This document shows positions 1 through 8,143 of a stretch of DNA of 64,000 nt, one piece after another. A program made the position numbers and the translations under genes. Source of the stretch: a bacterium (lineage in GTDB: Bacteria > Bacteroidota > Rhodothermia > Rhodothermales > UBA10348). Where the stretch lies: the NCBI GenBank assembly GCA_013204185.1, contig JABMOI010000004.1, forward strand, positions 5,272 through 69,271, in the 5' to 3' direction. The notes under the pieces are model-generated. The model did not search any database. It had not been told where the DNA came from and was given only the letters and a program-made list of their open reading frames with translations. Position 1 is the first letter of the stretch, and each line of letters starts with the position of its first letter.

Positions 1-889
1 TCATGCCTTCCATCTTGTGCTCGCCTTCGGCCATCTCGTGCTTCATGCCAGCGGCCATGTGTTCAGCGTGCATTTTTTTATACTCGGCGCTGTCTTTATC
101 CATCTCGCCGTGCTCCATTTCGTGCTCCGTACCAGCATGATCGCCTTCAGCCATCTCGTGCTTCATGCCTTCCATCTTGTGCTCGGCCATTTTGTGTTCT
201 CCTTCGGCCATCTCATGCTTCATTTCGGCATCTTCTTCCTTGGGCGCGGCGCCCATCGAAGCCATGGCTTCAGCCATCACCTTATTCCACTGAGCGGTGT
301 ATGTCTCGCTCGCGCCGCCGTATGGCTGTGGCGCAACGTAACTCAGTGCTTGGTCAGACAGATCCATCAAGGACTGGCGCCCCATTCGCGTAACGCGGTT
401 GGCGTAGCGGCGTGGTGCGTTGGCTGCAATCACGTCGAGGCCATGTTCCTTGGCAAAATCGACCTGAGGCTTGTAGTCCGTGACGTAGTTACTCCAAGGG
501 CTTGAGCTTTGCTGAAAATGTGCATCCGAAATCAAACCTGCTAGATATTCGTCCACGATGTACTGCACATCACGGGAGAACATTTCCATGGACAACGCCG
601 TGGCTTGGCCGTAGATATTGTACATGTCTTTTAGGACTTCGCGCTCAACGAAATGAGAAACCGGGTCGTCATGCTGCTCGCCCACAAATACCACATCGAT
701 TTTAGCCAGTGCAGCTTGAACATCGGCAATCGTTGCCGGCATTCCGTCTGAACGGTAAATGCGAAAGTGCTCCGAAGTGACTTCAACGGTGTCAGCTACG
801 ACTGCAAAAGCAGGTGCCGAGTACGAAGAGGAGGCAGGACTAAAACCTGCAAAAAAAAGCGCGAGAAGGGATAACAGCATGATATGCAT
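1..889 (-). CDS. ChaN/Tiki-superfamily (haem-binding uptake, PF04187-like) secreted protein, C-terminus beyond window edge; contains a Met/His/Glu-rich repeat segment
   Basis: Absent from the ORF track because it has no stop in the window. The reverse-complement from ATG 889 (alt. 880) reads MHIMLLSLLALFFAGFSPASSSYSAPAFAVVADTVEVTSEHFRIYRSDGMPATIADVQAALAKIDVVFVGEQHDDPVSHFVEREVLKDMYNIYGQ... This gives a signal peptide plus the GE-x-H motif typical of ChaN/Tiki domains. The frame stays open to base 2. Confidence 0.7.
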   Translation of the reverse strand, partial: MHIMLLSLLALFFAGFSPASSSYSAPAFAVVADTVEVTSEHFRIYRSDGMPATIADVQAALAKIDVVFVGEQHDDPVSHFVEREVLKDMYNIYGQATALSMEMFSRDVQYIVDEYLAGLISDAHFQQSSSPWSNYVTDYKPQVDFAKEHGLDVIAANAPRRYANRVTRMGRQSLMDLSDQALSYVAPQPYGGASETYTAQWNKVMAEAMASMGAAPKEEDAEMKHEMAEGEHKMAEHKMEGMKHEMAEGDHAGTEHEMEHGEMDKDSAEYKKMHAEHMAAGMKHEMAEGEHKMEGM

Positions 890-1046
890 TGCTTTTCAGG
901 AGGCCTTTGCCTCCGTGGAAGGAAATTTCCAATGAACGGACTAGCCGAGCTAAAACACGCGAACAGGATTCCAGAACAATCGAACTGGAAAAACGGCGTA
1001 TTCCAACGCAAAAGTAATCGCGCGAAACCGATTTATCGAGCCAGAA

Positions 1047-2630
1047 CTACCGTCGGCGGCTGTTTCCGCTACGGTTTCCTCGATTTTTCTCACCACCATC
1101 ACGAGATCCTCGATCAGAGTCGTCATAATGCTGCGAATCTTGGTCTGGGTCTCTGCGGTCGTCGTCGTCATCTTCGCGGCTTTTGCCCCGACCAGAAGAC
1201 TCTTTGCTACGATGCACTTCGTTGTGATACAGATCGTCCAAGAGCATCGCCAAGAGCTCAGGCTCTTCGTTGGCAAGGTTCTCAACGAGAGGCAAAAAGC
1301 GCTCTAACCGATCTTTTGCAAGGTTGCCGCGGTCGCGATACGATGCTTCGAGCACAACCGTCAAGCGATCCGTAACTCGGTGGGCAACATCATCTTCGGA
1401 GGGTACATCGTGTTGTGTCATGGGAATGGCGTATCGCTGGCCGATGGCCAACAGAGCACGCTGCTCTTGAATGGTGATAAGGATGATAGCCGTTCCGGTT
1501 TTTCCGGCGCGGGCCGTACGTCCGGCGCGGTGCACGTAATATTCCGGGTCTTGCGGAATGTCGTACATCAAAACGTGACTAAGGTCAGTAATGTCAATGC
1601 CGCGAGCAGCAACGTCTGTCGCCACTAAGAAACGGCATTTCCCGTCGCGAACCTTCTGCATCACCTTTTCGCGTGCAGCTTGGGAGAGGTCCCCGGAAAT
1701 CAAGTCTACATCGTAGCCCGAGTTCTTGAGGAAGGCCCCGAGGTATTCTACATCTCGCTTGGTGTTCGCAAAGATGATAGCCGAGTCCGGGTTTTCCATT
1801 TCGATGATGCGGACCAAAATGCGGTCTTTCATCATCCTGTCTACGCGGTAATACCGGTGCTCAATGGCGTCTACACTTACGTTCCCCGTACTTAGAGATA
1901 GAAATACTGGGTTGTCCAAGAACTGGTGAGACAAGTATTTCACCCGCGCTGGCATGGTGGCGCTGAACATGCAGGTCTGCCGGTTGTCAGGCAGATATCG
2001 CTTGAGCTTCAGCATATCGGGGAAAAATCCCATCGATAGCATTTCGTCTGCTTCGTCAAAGACGAGCATGCGCAAATCGTCTAACACCAAACGGCCTTGT
2101 TGAATATGGTCGAGAATTCGGCCCGGCGTCCCAATAATAACCTGAGCGCCGTCTTTTAAGGACTTAATCTGTGCTTCGTACTTCACGCCGCCATAGATCA
2201 CCACACTTGAAAAGTTGTGATCGCCACGCAGGCGGTCAAATTCTTCGTGGATCTGGCGAGCGAGCTCCCTGGTTGGAGATAAAACAAGTGCCTGAGCCCC
2301 AAATTGACGTTCATCGAGCAGGTTGAACAGCGGCAGCAAAAAACCACCTGTTTTACCTGATCCCGTGCGCGATTGGACAATCATGTCCCGGCCGTCCAGC
2401 AAATAAGGGATCGCTTGTTGCTGAACTGGCATCAATTTCGTCCAGCCAGCAGAATGAACAGCTTCTCTAGTTTTTTTAGGCAAGTCTTCAATGCTCAATT
2501 CTGGCAAAGTGACTTCGGGCTCGGTCATCGTCGAGCGAATCTGTTCTTCTTTTCGCTCCGCTTGGGCTCGGCTCGTTAAGTCGATGCCTTTGATGAAACT
2601 CCGTTTCGGTCCGTTGGACATAAAATTCAA
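1047..2630 (-). CDS. DEAD-box ATP-dependent RNA helicase with acidic / Arg-Gly-rich C-terminal tail
   Basis: Q motif GWTKLMPVQQQAIP, motif I SRTGSGKTGGF, motif II VFDEADEML, SAT, motif VI HRAGRTARAG. The tail is ...SREDDDDDRRDPDQDSQHYDDSDRGSRDGGEKNRGNRSGNSRRR. Confidence 0.93.
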   Translation of the reverse strand: MNFMSNGPKRSFIKGIDLTSRAQAERKEEQIRSTMTEPEVTLPELSIEDLPKKTREAVHSAGWTKLMPVQQQAIPYLLDGRDMIVQSRTGSGKTGGFLLPLFNLLDERQFGAQALVLSPTRELARQIHEEFDRLRGDHNFSSVVIYGGVKYEAQIKSLKDGAQVIIGTPGRILDHIQQGRLVLDDLRMLVFDEADEMLSMGFFPDMLKLKRYLPDNRQTCMFSATMPARVKYLSHQFLDNPVFLSLSTGNVSVDAIEHRYYRVDRMMKDRILVRIIEMENPDSAIIFANTKRDVEYLGAFLKNSGYDVDLISGDLSQAAREKVMQKVRDGKCRFLVATDVAARGIDITDLSHVLMYDIPQDPEYYVHRAGRTARAGKTGTAIILITIQEQRALLAIGQRYAIPMTQHDVPSEDDVAHRVTDRLTVVLEASYRDRGNLAKDRLERFLPLVENLANEEPELLAMLLDDLYHNEVHRSKESSGRGKSREDDDDDRRDPDQDSQHYDDSDRGSRDGGEKNRGNRSGNSRRR

Positions 2631-2712
2631 TTAAATGTGGCCTCTTTCGGGCCTGAGTAGGTCGGGATGCGGTCAATACCTTCGTCGTGATCTCACGATG
2701 TTCGGGTCAACA

Positions 2713-3462
2713 CTACATCGCCAAACCGCCATCCACGTGTAAAACGTGTCCGGTAATATAGGACGCACCTTCCGATGCGAGAAAAACAACAGCCGACGCA
2801 ATGTCGGTTGGGGTGGCGGCGCGCCCAACGGGCACCCCTCCAAGCATAGCTTCTCGAGCGGCGTCAGAGAGTGCGGCCGTCATATCAGTAGCCACATATC
2901 CTGGCGCTACCACATTAACGGTCACTCCCCGGCCACCAAGTTCTTTGGCCAAGCTTTTTGAAAAGCCGATAATACCGGCTTTAGAAGCTGCATAATTTGT
3001 TTGTCCTGCATTGCCGGTCACACCAACAATCGAGGACATGTTCACAATGCGTCCAGCGCGCTGTTTCATCATCGGACGATACACCGCTTTCGAATAGTTG
3101 AACACGCTTTTGAGGTTGGTGCCCACAACAGCGTCCCAATCCGCTTCGCTCATGCGGATCATCAATCCATCTTTCGTCACACCTGCGTTGTTCACCAAGA
3201 CGTCAATCGATCCCCAATCAGCCACAATACCCGCGACGGCGGCCTCAGCTGCATCAAAATCGGCAGCGTCCGCCTGAATAGCCCGAGCCTTAACGCCCAT
3301 TGCTTCGAGTTCTGCTTTCAATGCTTCGGCTTCTTCCGATGAAGACCGATAGGTGAAGGCCACGTTCGCACCTTGGGCTGCAAATGCTTCCACAATAGAG
3401 CGGCCAATTCCCCGGGTGCCACCGGTTACTAGTACATTTTTATTGGCGAAAGACATAGTCAA
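2713..3462 (-). CDS. fabG: 3-oxoacyl-[ACP] reductase
   Basis: SDR motifs TGGTRGIGRSI, NNAGV, YAASKAG; sits directly downstream of fabD. Confidence 0.93.
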   Translation of the reverse strand: MTMSFANKNVLVTGGTRGIGRSIVEAFAAQGANVAFTYRSSSEEAEALKAELEAMGVKARAIQADAADFDAAEAAVAGIVADWGSIDVLVNNAGVTKDGLMIRMSEADWDAVVGTNLKSVFNYSKAVYRPMMKQRAGRIVNMSSIVGVTGNAGQTNYAASKAGIIGFSKSLAKELGGRGVTVNVVAPGYVATDMTAALSDAAREAMLGGVPVGRAATPTDIASAVVFLASEGASYITGHVLHVDGGLAM

Positions 3463-3489
3463 AACAGGATATAAGGAAAATAATATGAG

Positions 3490-4440
3490 TTAAGCGTTCA
3501 AGTCTGCGGTGGTTCCGTAGGCGGAAGTTTCGGTTTCGCGGCTCAATGTCCGCTTAACCAACCCACTGAGCACTTTTCCAGCACCCACTTCTACAAAATG
3601 GGTGGCGCCTGCTTCTTGCATAGCCAGCAATGTTTGAGCCCAGCGGACGGGAGCGGTAAGCTGCTCCACGAGCTTCTGCCGAATGGTCTCGGGATCGGTG
3701 CTTGCCGCTGCGGTCACATTCAAGAACACAGGGCAGGAAGGGGTGTTGATGGAGAGCGCGGCGAGCGCTTTTCCAAGACCTTCGGTAGCAAAATCCATGA
3801 GCGGTGAGTGAAACGCACCAGACACTGGTAGCAGAAGCGCTCGCCGCGCCCCACGCTCCGGTGCCAACGCCACAGCTCGTGCTACAGCGTCCACGTCTCC
3901 AGAAATAACAATCTGTCCGGGCGAATTGTAATTCGCTGCCTGAACAATGCCGGCTCCTTCGGCCGTCACATCGGCGCAGAGGGTTTCGACATCCGCGTCT
4001 TCCATATTCAAAATAGCAGCCATGGAGCCCGGCCGAACTTCGCCGGCCGTAGCCATGAGTTCACCCCTGAGCCGCACCGTGCGAAGCGCATCTTCAAAGG
4101 AAAGTGCGCCTGCGGCGCACAACGCGCTGTACTCGCCAAGGCTATGTCCCGCAACCATATCCGGCGCATCGAACCGCCCTTTCATAGCCGCAAAAACAGC
4201 CATTGAGTGCACAAAAAGGGCGGGCTGGGTGTTTTGAGTCTGGGTCAAGATCTCTGCCGCGCTAGGACTCGCATCTTCCGCAACGCCTGAGCCAAACATG
4301 ATATCCGTGAGCGAAAAGCCTAGAATCTCATTGGCTTTGTCCATCACAGCACGCGCCGCCGGTACGCTTTCGTACAGATCTGCGCCCATTCCGACGCTTT
4401 GGGATCCTTGTCCCGGAAAGAGGTAAGCTCGTTTAGACAT
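3490..4440 (-). CDS. fabD: malonyl-CoA:ACP transacylase
   Basis: FPGQGSQ and active-site GHSLGEYSAL motifs; located between fabH and fabG. Confidence 0.95.
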   Translation of the reverse strand: MSKRAYLFPGQGSQSVGMGADLYESVPAARAVMDKANEILGFSLTDIMFGSGVAEDASPSAAEILTQTQNTQPALFVHSMAVFAAMKGRFDAPDMVAGHSLGEYSALCAAGALSFEDALRTVRLRGELMATAGEVRPGSMAAILNMEDADVETLCADVTAEGAGIVQAANYNSPGQIVISGDVDAVARAVALAPERGARRALLLPVSGAFHSPLMDFATEGLGKALAALSINTPSCPVFLNVTAAASTDPETIRQKLVEQLTAPVRWAQTLLAMQEAGATHFVEVGAGKVLSGLVKRTLSRETETSAYGTTADLNA

Positions 4441-4481
4441 AAACTACTTTGTTGGCCTAATAACTGGGATTAACCCCTTTA

Positions 4482-5483
4482 CTAGGATTTGCTGTCGTAG
4501 GCCCATTTCACATAGGCTGCACCCCAGGTGAATCCACCACCGAATGCTGCCAGAATTAAGTTGTCGCCCTTTTTAAGATCATTTTCCCAATCTGCTAAGC
4601 AGAGCGGAATCGTGGCGGCGGTCGTATTGCCGTAGCGCTCAATGTTGAGCATCACCTTATCCATACTAATGCCCATGCGCCTGGCCGTGGCATCAATAAT
4701 TCGAAGATTCGCTTGATGAGGCACCAGATACCTGACATCTTCGCCCGTCAGGTTATTGTCCTCCATAATCTGCGCAGAAACGTCCGCCATTCCTTTTACG
4801 GCCGCCTTGAAAACAGGGGCCCCTTCCTGGTGCAAACGGTGCAGGTTTTGCTCGAGCGTCGCCGCCGATGGAGGATTCAGCGATCCCCCACCTAGCATAC
4901 AAAGAGATGCCCATTGGCTGCCGTCAGTGTGCTCAATGGAATCAATAATTCCAGCCCCGGTTGTGTCGGGCTCTAGCAAAACCGCTCCTGCCCCGTCACC
5001 AAACAATATGCACGTCGTGCGGTCGGTGTAGTCTACGATGCTGCTCATTTTGTCTGCGCCAATCACCATCACCTTCTTGTGCTTTCCAGAGGCAATGAAT
5101 TGAGCTCCAGTCGAAAGGGCGAACAAAAAGCCAGAACACGCAGCCGATACGTCGTAGCCCCACGCATTGGTCGCGCCAATATTTGCGGTGACCAAACAAG
5201 CGGTTGCAGGAAAGAACATATCCGGAGTAACCGTCGCAATAATCACTAAATCAATTTCTTCGGCCGAGATGCCCCGTTTGCGCAGTACTTCGTTGGCCGC
5301 TTTTGTGGCCATATACGAAGTTGCCTTGGCGGGGTCTTTCAGAATGCGGCGTTCCTTGATTCCTGTTCGGGATTGAATCCACTCGTCCGTTGTGTCGACC
5401 AATTTTTCGAGGTCTGCGTTCGTCAAGCGGTCTTCCGGAAGGAAATGCCCGACAGCCGTGATGGCTGCTCGTACCTGTTCCAT
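4482..5483 (-). CDS. fabH: 3-oxoacyl-ACP synthase III
   Basis: AACSGF active-site Cys, HQANLRI, GGGFTWGA C-terminus; follows plsX. Confidence 0.95.
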   Translation of the reverse strand: MEQVRAAITAVGHFLPEDRLTNADLEKLVDTTDEWIQSRTGIKERRILKDPAKATSYMATKAANEVLRKRGISAEEIDLVIIATVTPDMFFPATACLVTANIGATNAWGYDVSAACSGFLFALSTGAQFIASGKHKKVMVIGADKMSSIVDYTDRTTCILFGDGAGAVLLEPDTTGAGIIDSIEHTDGSQWASLCMLGGGSLNPPSAATLEQNLHRLHQEGAPVFKAAVKGMADVSAQIMEDNNLTGEDVRYLVPHQANLRIIDATARRMGISMDKVMLNIERYGNTTAATIPLCLADWENDLKKGDNLILAAFGGGFTWGAAYVKWAYDSKS

Positions 5484-5566
5484 GAGTTTGTTTTCTGGTT
5501 AATCGACGGGCGGCAAACAGAGGAAGGCCCGCGGGCTGCCATAAACCTGAATGGTAGATGAATGAA

Positions 5567-6571
5567 TCATGCTTCCATCACGGATGCAATGGTTTGGGAA
5601 ACAGATCTCCGTACCATTTTATCCGCTGCCAGCGTCAAATTTTTAATGGCATACCCGTTAGAGCTGCCGTGTCCGATGAATACGGTTCCATCGACACCAA
5701 GGAGCGGAGCTCCGCCAAATTCTTTATAGTCGAATCGAGCTTTAACACCCCGAAGGGCTTTCCCGACCGCCATTTGCTCAGTCTCGGTCATCTCCAAACG
5801 CTGCATTTCAGCGCCAATAAGTCTGGGCAGTACCGAGGCTACGCTTTCTCCGTACTTGAGCAAAATATTTCCAACAAATCCGTCGCATACCACTACGTCG
5901 GCGGCATGCTCCATAATATCTCGGCCTTCAATATTGCCGATAAAGTTCAGGTTTTCAGCCGATTTGAGTAGTTCGTAGGCTTCTTTGGCCAAATCGTCTC
6001 CCTTTCCAGGCTCTTCGCCTACGTTCAGCAACCCAACTGAAGGGTTTTTTGCGCCAAGCACTCGTTCTGCGTATACCGCTCCCATTCGAGCAAATTGCAC
6101 TAGATGCTCTGGCTTACAGCCAACATTTGTACCGGCGTCAAGTAGCAAGGCTGTGCCTAAAACGGTTGGGAAATAACCCACCACCGACGGCCTAGAAACG
6201 CCTGGCACTCGGCCCAAAATGAAAAGCGCGCCGGCCATAACCGCGCCAGTGTTTCCAGCTGAAACAAATGCATCTGCTTGCCCGGCTTTACACAAGCCCA
6301 TTCCAACATGAATGGAGGAGCGCTGTTTTGTCTTAATGGCGATCGATGGCGATTCATCCATTCCTATCACGTCAGGAGCATGTACTACGGTAATAAACCG
6401 CTTCGCATCCTCATCCAGCTTTTCGACGAGCGGATTAAGCCTCTCCTCGGGACCTGTTAGCAGCACTACGATTTCGCCCGCCTTGGCTTTTACAGCCTCG
6501 GCCACGCCCTCTACAACTACATCAGGGGCGTGATCACCCCCCATCGCATCGACAGCAATTCGTGTGGGCAT
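5567..6571 (-). CDS. plsX: phosphate acyltransferase
   Basis: N-terminal IAVDAMGGDHAP signature; classic rpmF-plsX-fabH order. Confidence 0.95.
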   Translation of the reverse strand: MPTRIAVDAMGGDHAPDVVVEGVAEAVKAKAGEIVVLLTGPEERLNPLVEKLDEDAKRFITVVHAPDVIGMDESPSIAIKTKQRSSIHVGMGLCKAGQADAFVSAGNTGAVMAGALFILGRVPGVSRPSVVGYFPTVLGTALLLDAGTNVGCKPEHLVQFARMGAVYAERVLGAKNPSVGLLNVGEEPGKGDDLAKEAYELLKSAENLNFIGNIEGRDIMEHAADVVVCDGFVGNILLKYGESVASVLPRLIGAEMQRLEMTETEQMAVGKALRGVKARFDYKEFGGAPLLGVDGTVFIGHGSSNGYAIKNLTLAADKMVRRSVSQTIASVMEA

Positions 6572-6768
6572 TGAGCTTTATGATAAAATGTTGATTCTCA
6601 TTCGTGCGGACAGGCGCTTCGAAAAAGATACGTCAGAAGAAGAGATAGTGCCTAGACATATTAAGCCGACACCCACCTCAACGCCCAGAATATACAATTG
6701 CAGAAACGCCACAAAGGGAGCCTAGCAACGCTAAGCCCCCTGAGGTCTTCCCTATCTAAATGGGGAAA

Positions 6769-6957
6769 TTAGACGCTTTCGCGCTCAATGACAGCACGGC
6801 CGCGGTAATGGCCACAGTTAGGACAGGCACGATGCATAAGCTTCGTTTCACTGCAATTCTGACACTCCATTGTAGTCGGAGCACTCAACCGATTGTAATA
6901 AGTTGAGCGGCGCTGGCGGGTGCGAGCTTTTGAATTTTTACGTCTTGGGTTAGCCAT
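6769..6957 (-). CDS. rpmF: 50S ribosomal protein L32
   Basis: MANPRRKNSKARTRQRRS... with CxxC...CxxC zinc ribbon; 62 aa. Confidence 0.95.
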   Translation of the reverse strand: MANPRRKNSKARTRQRRSTYYNRLSAPTTMECQNCSETKLMHRACPNCGHYRGRAVIERESV

Positions 6958-6988
6958 AATGCAACCTGAGCGTTCTACTTTCTAATTG

Positions 6989-7486
6989 TTAACGGTCACC
7001 CTGATCGGAATCGGATGCTAGTCCTTTAAGGGCCTTCCAACGAGGATCGATATCCTCTTCGTCCGGTTCCCCAAAGGAGGTGGGAAGCTCCTCTTCCTCT
7101 GCTCCTGGTGCAATCTTTCGGATTGGCACAGCCAAAAGCAGGGTGTCCCTGATTATTTCGGTAAGGTCGATTTCCTCTGCTCCCTTTTCCAAAGGAAAGA
7201 GACTATCGTCCTCATCATCTGCATCTATCTCTTTGGGCGGTACGAAAACGACCGCATGAGACCCTAAAATTCGATGTGCAAAGTCAACCAGAGTTCGATC
7301 ACAGATCAGCAGTGCTGATGCCGTGACCGTAAACTGGACATAGATACGGCTAATGCTAATATCTAATCTGACGTCCACATGGATATCCGAAAAGGACGCT
7401 GAATCAACTTCCAAATCCTCCGGTGAAGGAGTAATGTCCAGTTCATGGACCCCGTTTGATAACGGCTGAATGTCAATACGCAGCAT
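6989..7486 (-). CDS. yceD: DUF177/YceD family protein (23S rRNA accumulation protein)
   Basis: 165-aa acidic protein immediately upstream of rpmF, the conserved yceD-rpmF arrangement. Confidence 0.8.
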   Translation of the reverse strand: MLRIDIQPLSNGVHELDITPSPEDLEVDSASFSDIHVDVRLDISISRIYVQFTVTASALLICDRTLVDFAHRILGSHAVVFVPPKEIDADDEDDSLFPLEKGAEEIDLTEIIRDTLLLAVPIRKIAPGAEEEELPTSFGEPDEEDIDPRWKALKGLASDSDQGDR

Positions 7487-8143
7487 CCGCTTCCCCTCTC
7501 ACAAGGTTTAGTCCGAATAAAGTCTAGCACAGAAAGGATAAGATACGTCAATCAAACCTCATTTCGCAAAGCCCTCAGGGGGGTAGAATTGCCGAAAAGC
7601 GTGTGAAGTTTATTTAGGATGATGAATGATTCAGTTTGTTATATGAAATCGAAGCAACAAATCTTGAACTTTGGAGGTACAGTCACTACCATCGAAGAGG
7701 AACGTAATGAAGCAGTTCTTCCCCCCGGTTTTCCGATACTTTCGGACATCTGAGCTGTTTTCAACCCCTTGATGCGTTTTGTGGACAACGTGTGTATTAC
7801 TTTGCGGAAAGCGTTTTTGGGACAACCAAGAAATTAGATCGGGTGGCTTTGAGAAATTGACTCACTGAAAAGTGATGATAAGAAAGCGCCATAAATACTG
7901 TAATATTAACACGTTACGCCTACCCACCCTGTGGCTCTTACTGTACGTAAGGCTGCAAATGGGCATCACAAACGCAAATGTGCCCGAAGTTTTATTTCAA
8001 ATCTGAAAATGTTGAGAAGAGGTGAATAACAACTTTTCAGGAAGATTTAGAGCTCATGCTTCCGACACGTCGGAAGACCCCCGTTTTTTTGAACCGATCG
8101 CCGTCTCCACCTTAGAGTAGGCCTTCTGAAGTGTGTTGTTTAG
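7487..8143. other. non-coding gap between divergent yceD and dnaA; candidate oriC / dnaA control region
   Basis: Every CDS to the left is on the minus strand and dnaA-dnaN to the right are on the plus strand. There is an AT-rich patch around 7600-7680. Only one near-consensus DnaA box is present (TGTGGACAA at 7779-7787). Confidence 0.3.
8059..8090 (+). promoter_or_regulatory. perfect 18-bp palindrome CTTCCGACACGTCGGAAG followed by a T7 run, 54 bp upstream of dnaA
   Basis: Read directly: palindrome at 8059-8076, spacer ACCCCCG, TTTTTTT at 8084-8090. It could be an operator or a terminator-like hairpin; the function is unknown. Confidence 0.3.

Noticed and set aside
17-505. 162-aa plus-strand ORF rich in His/Leu/Phe/Val (MLAFGHLVLHASGHVF...)
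   Set aside because: It is the antisense reading of the Met/His/Glu repeat and the C-terminal part of the ChaN-like gene on the minus strand. That gene has a signal peptide and a GEQHD motif. The plus-strand product is low-complexity with no motifs.
884-1375. ORFs 884..1375 (+) and 950..1285 (-) overlapping the helicase 3' end
   Set aside because: They overlap the well-supported DEAD-box helicase tail and the intergenic spacer. Their Arg/Ser/Thr-rich composition is a frame artefact of the charged tail.
7631-7825. 64-aa minus-strand ORF, plus a 43-codon plus-strand ORF (ATG 7624), inside the yceD-dnaA gap; also a search for rpmH/rnpA, which often neighbour dnaA
   Set aside because: There are no recognisable motifs. 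No L34-like MKRTFQPS... sequence appears in any frame. The ORFs lie in the AT-rich part of the gap where random ORFs are expected.
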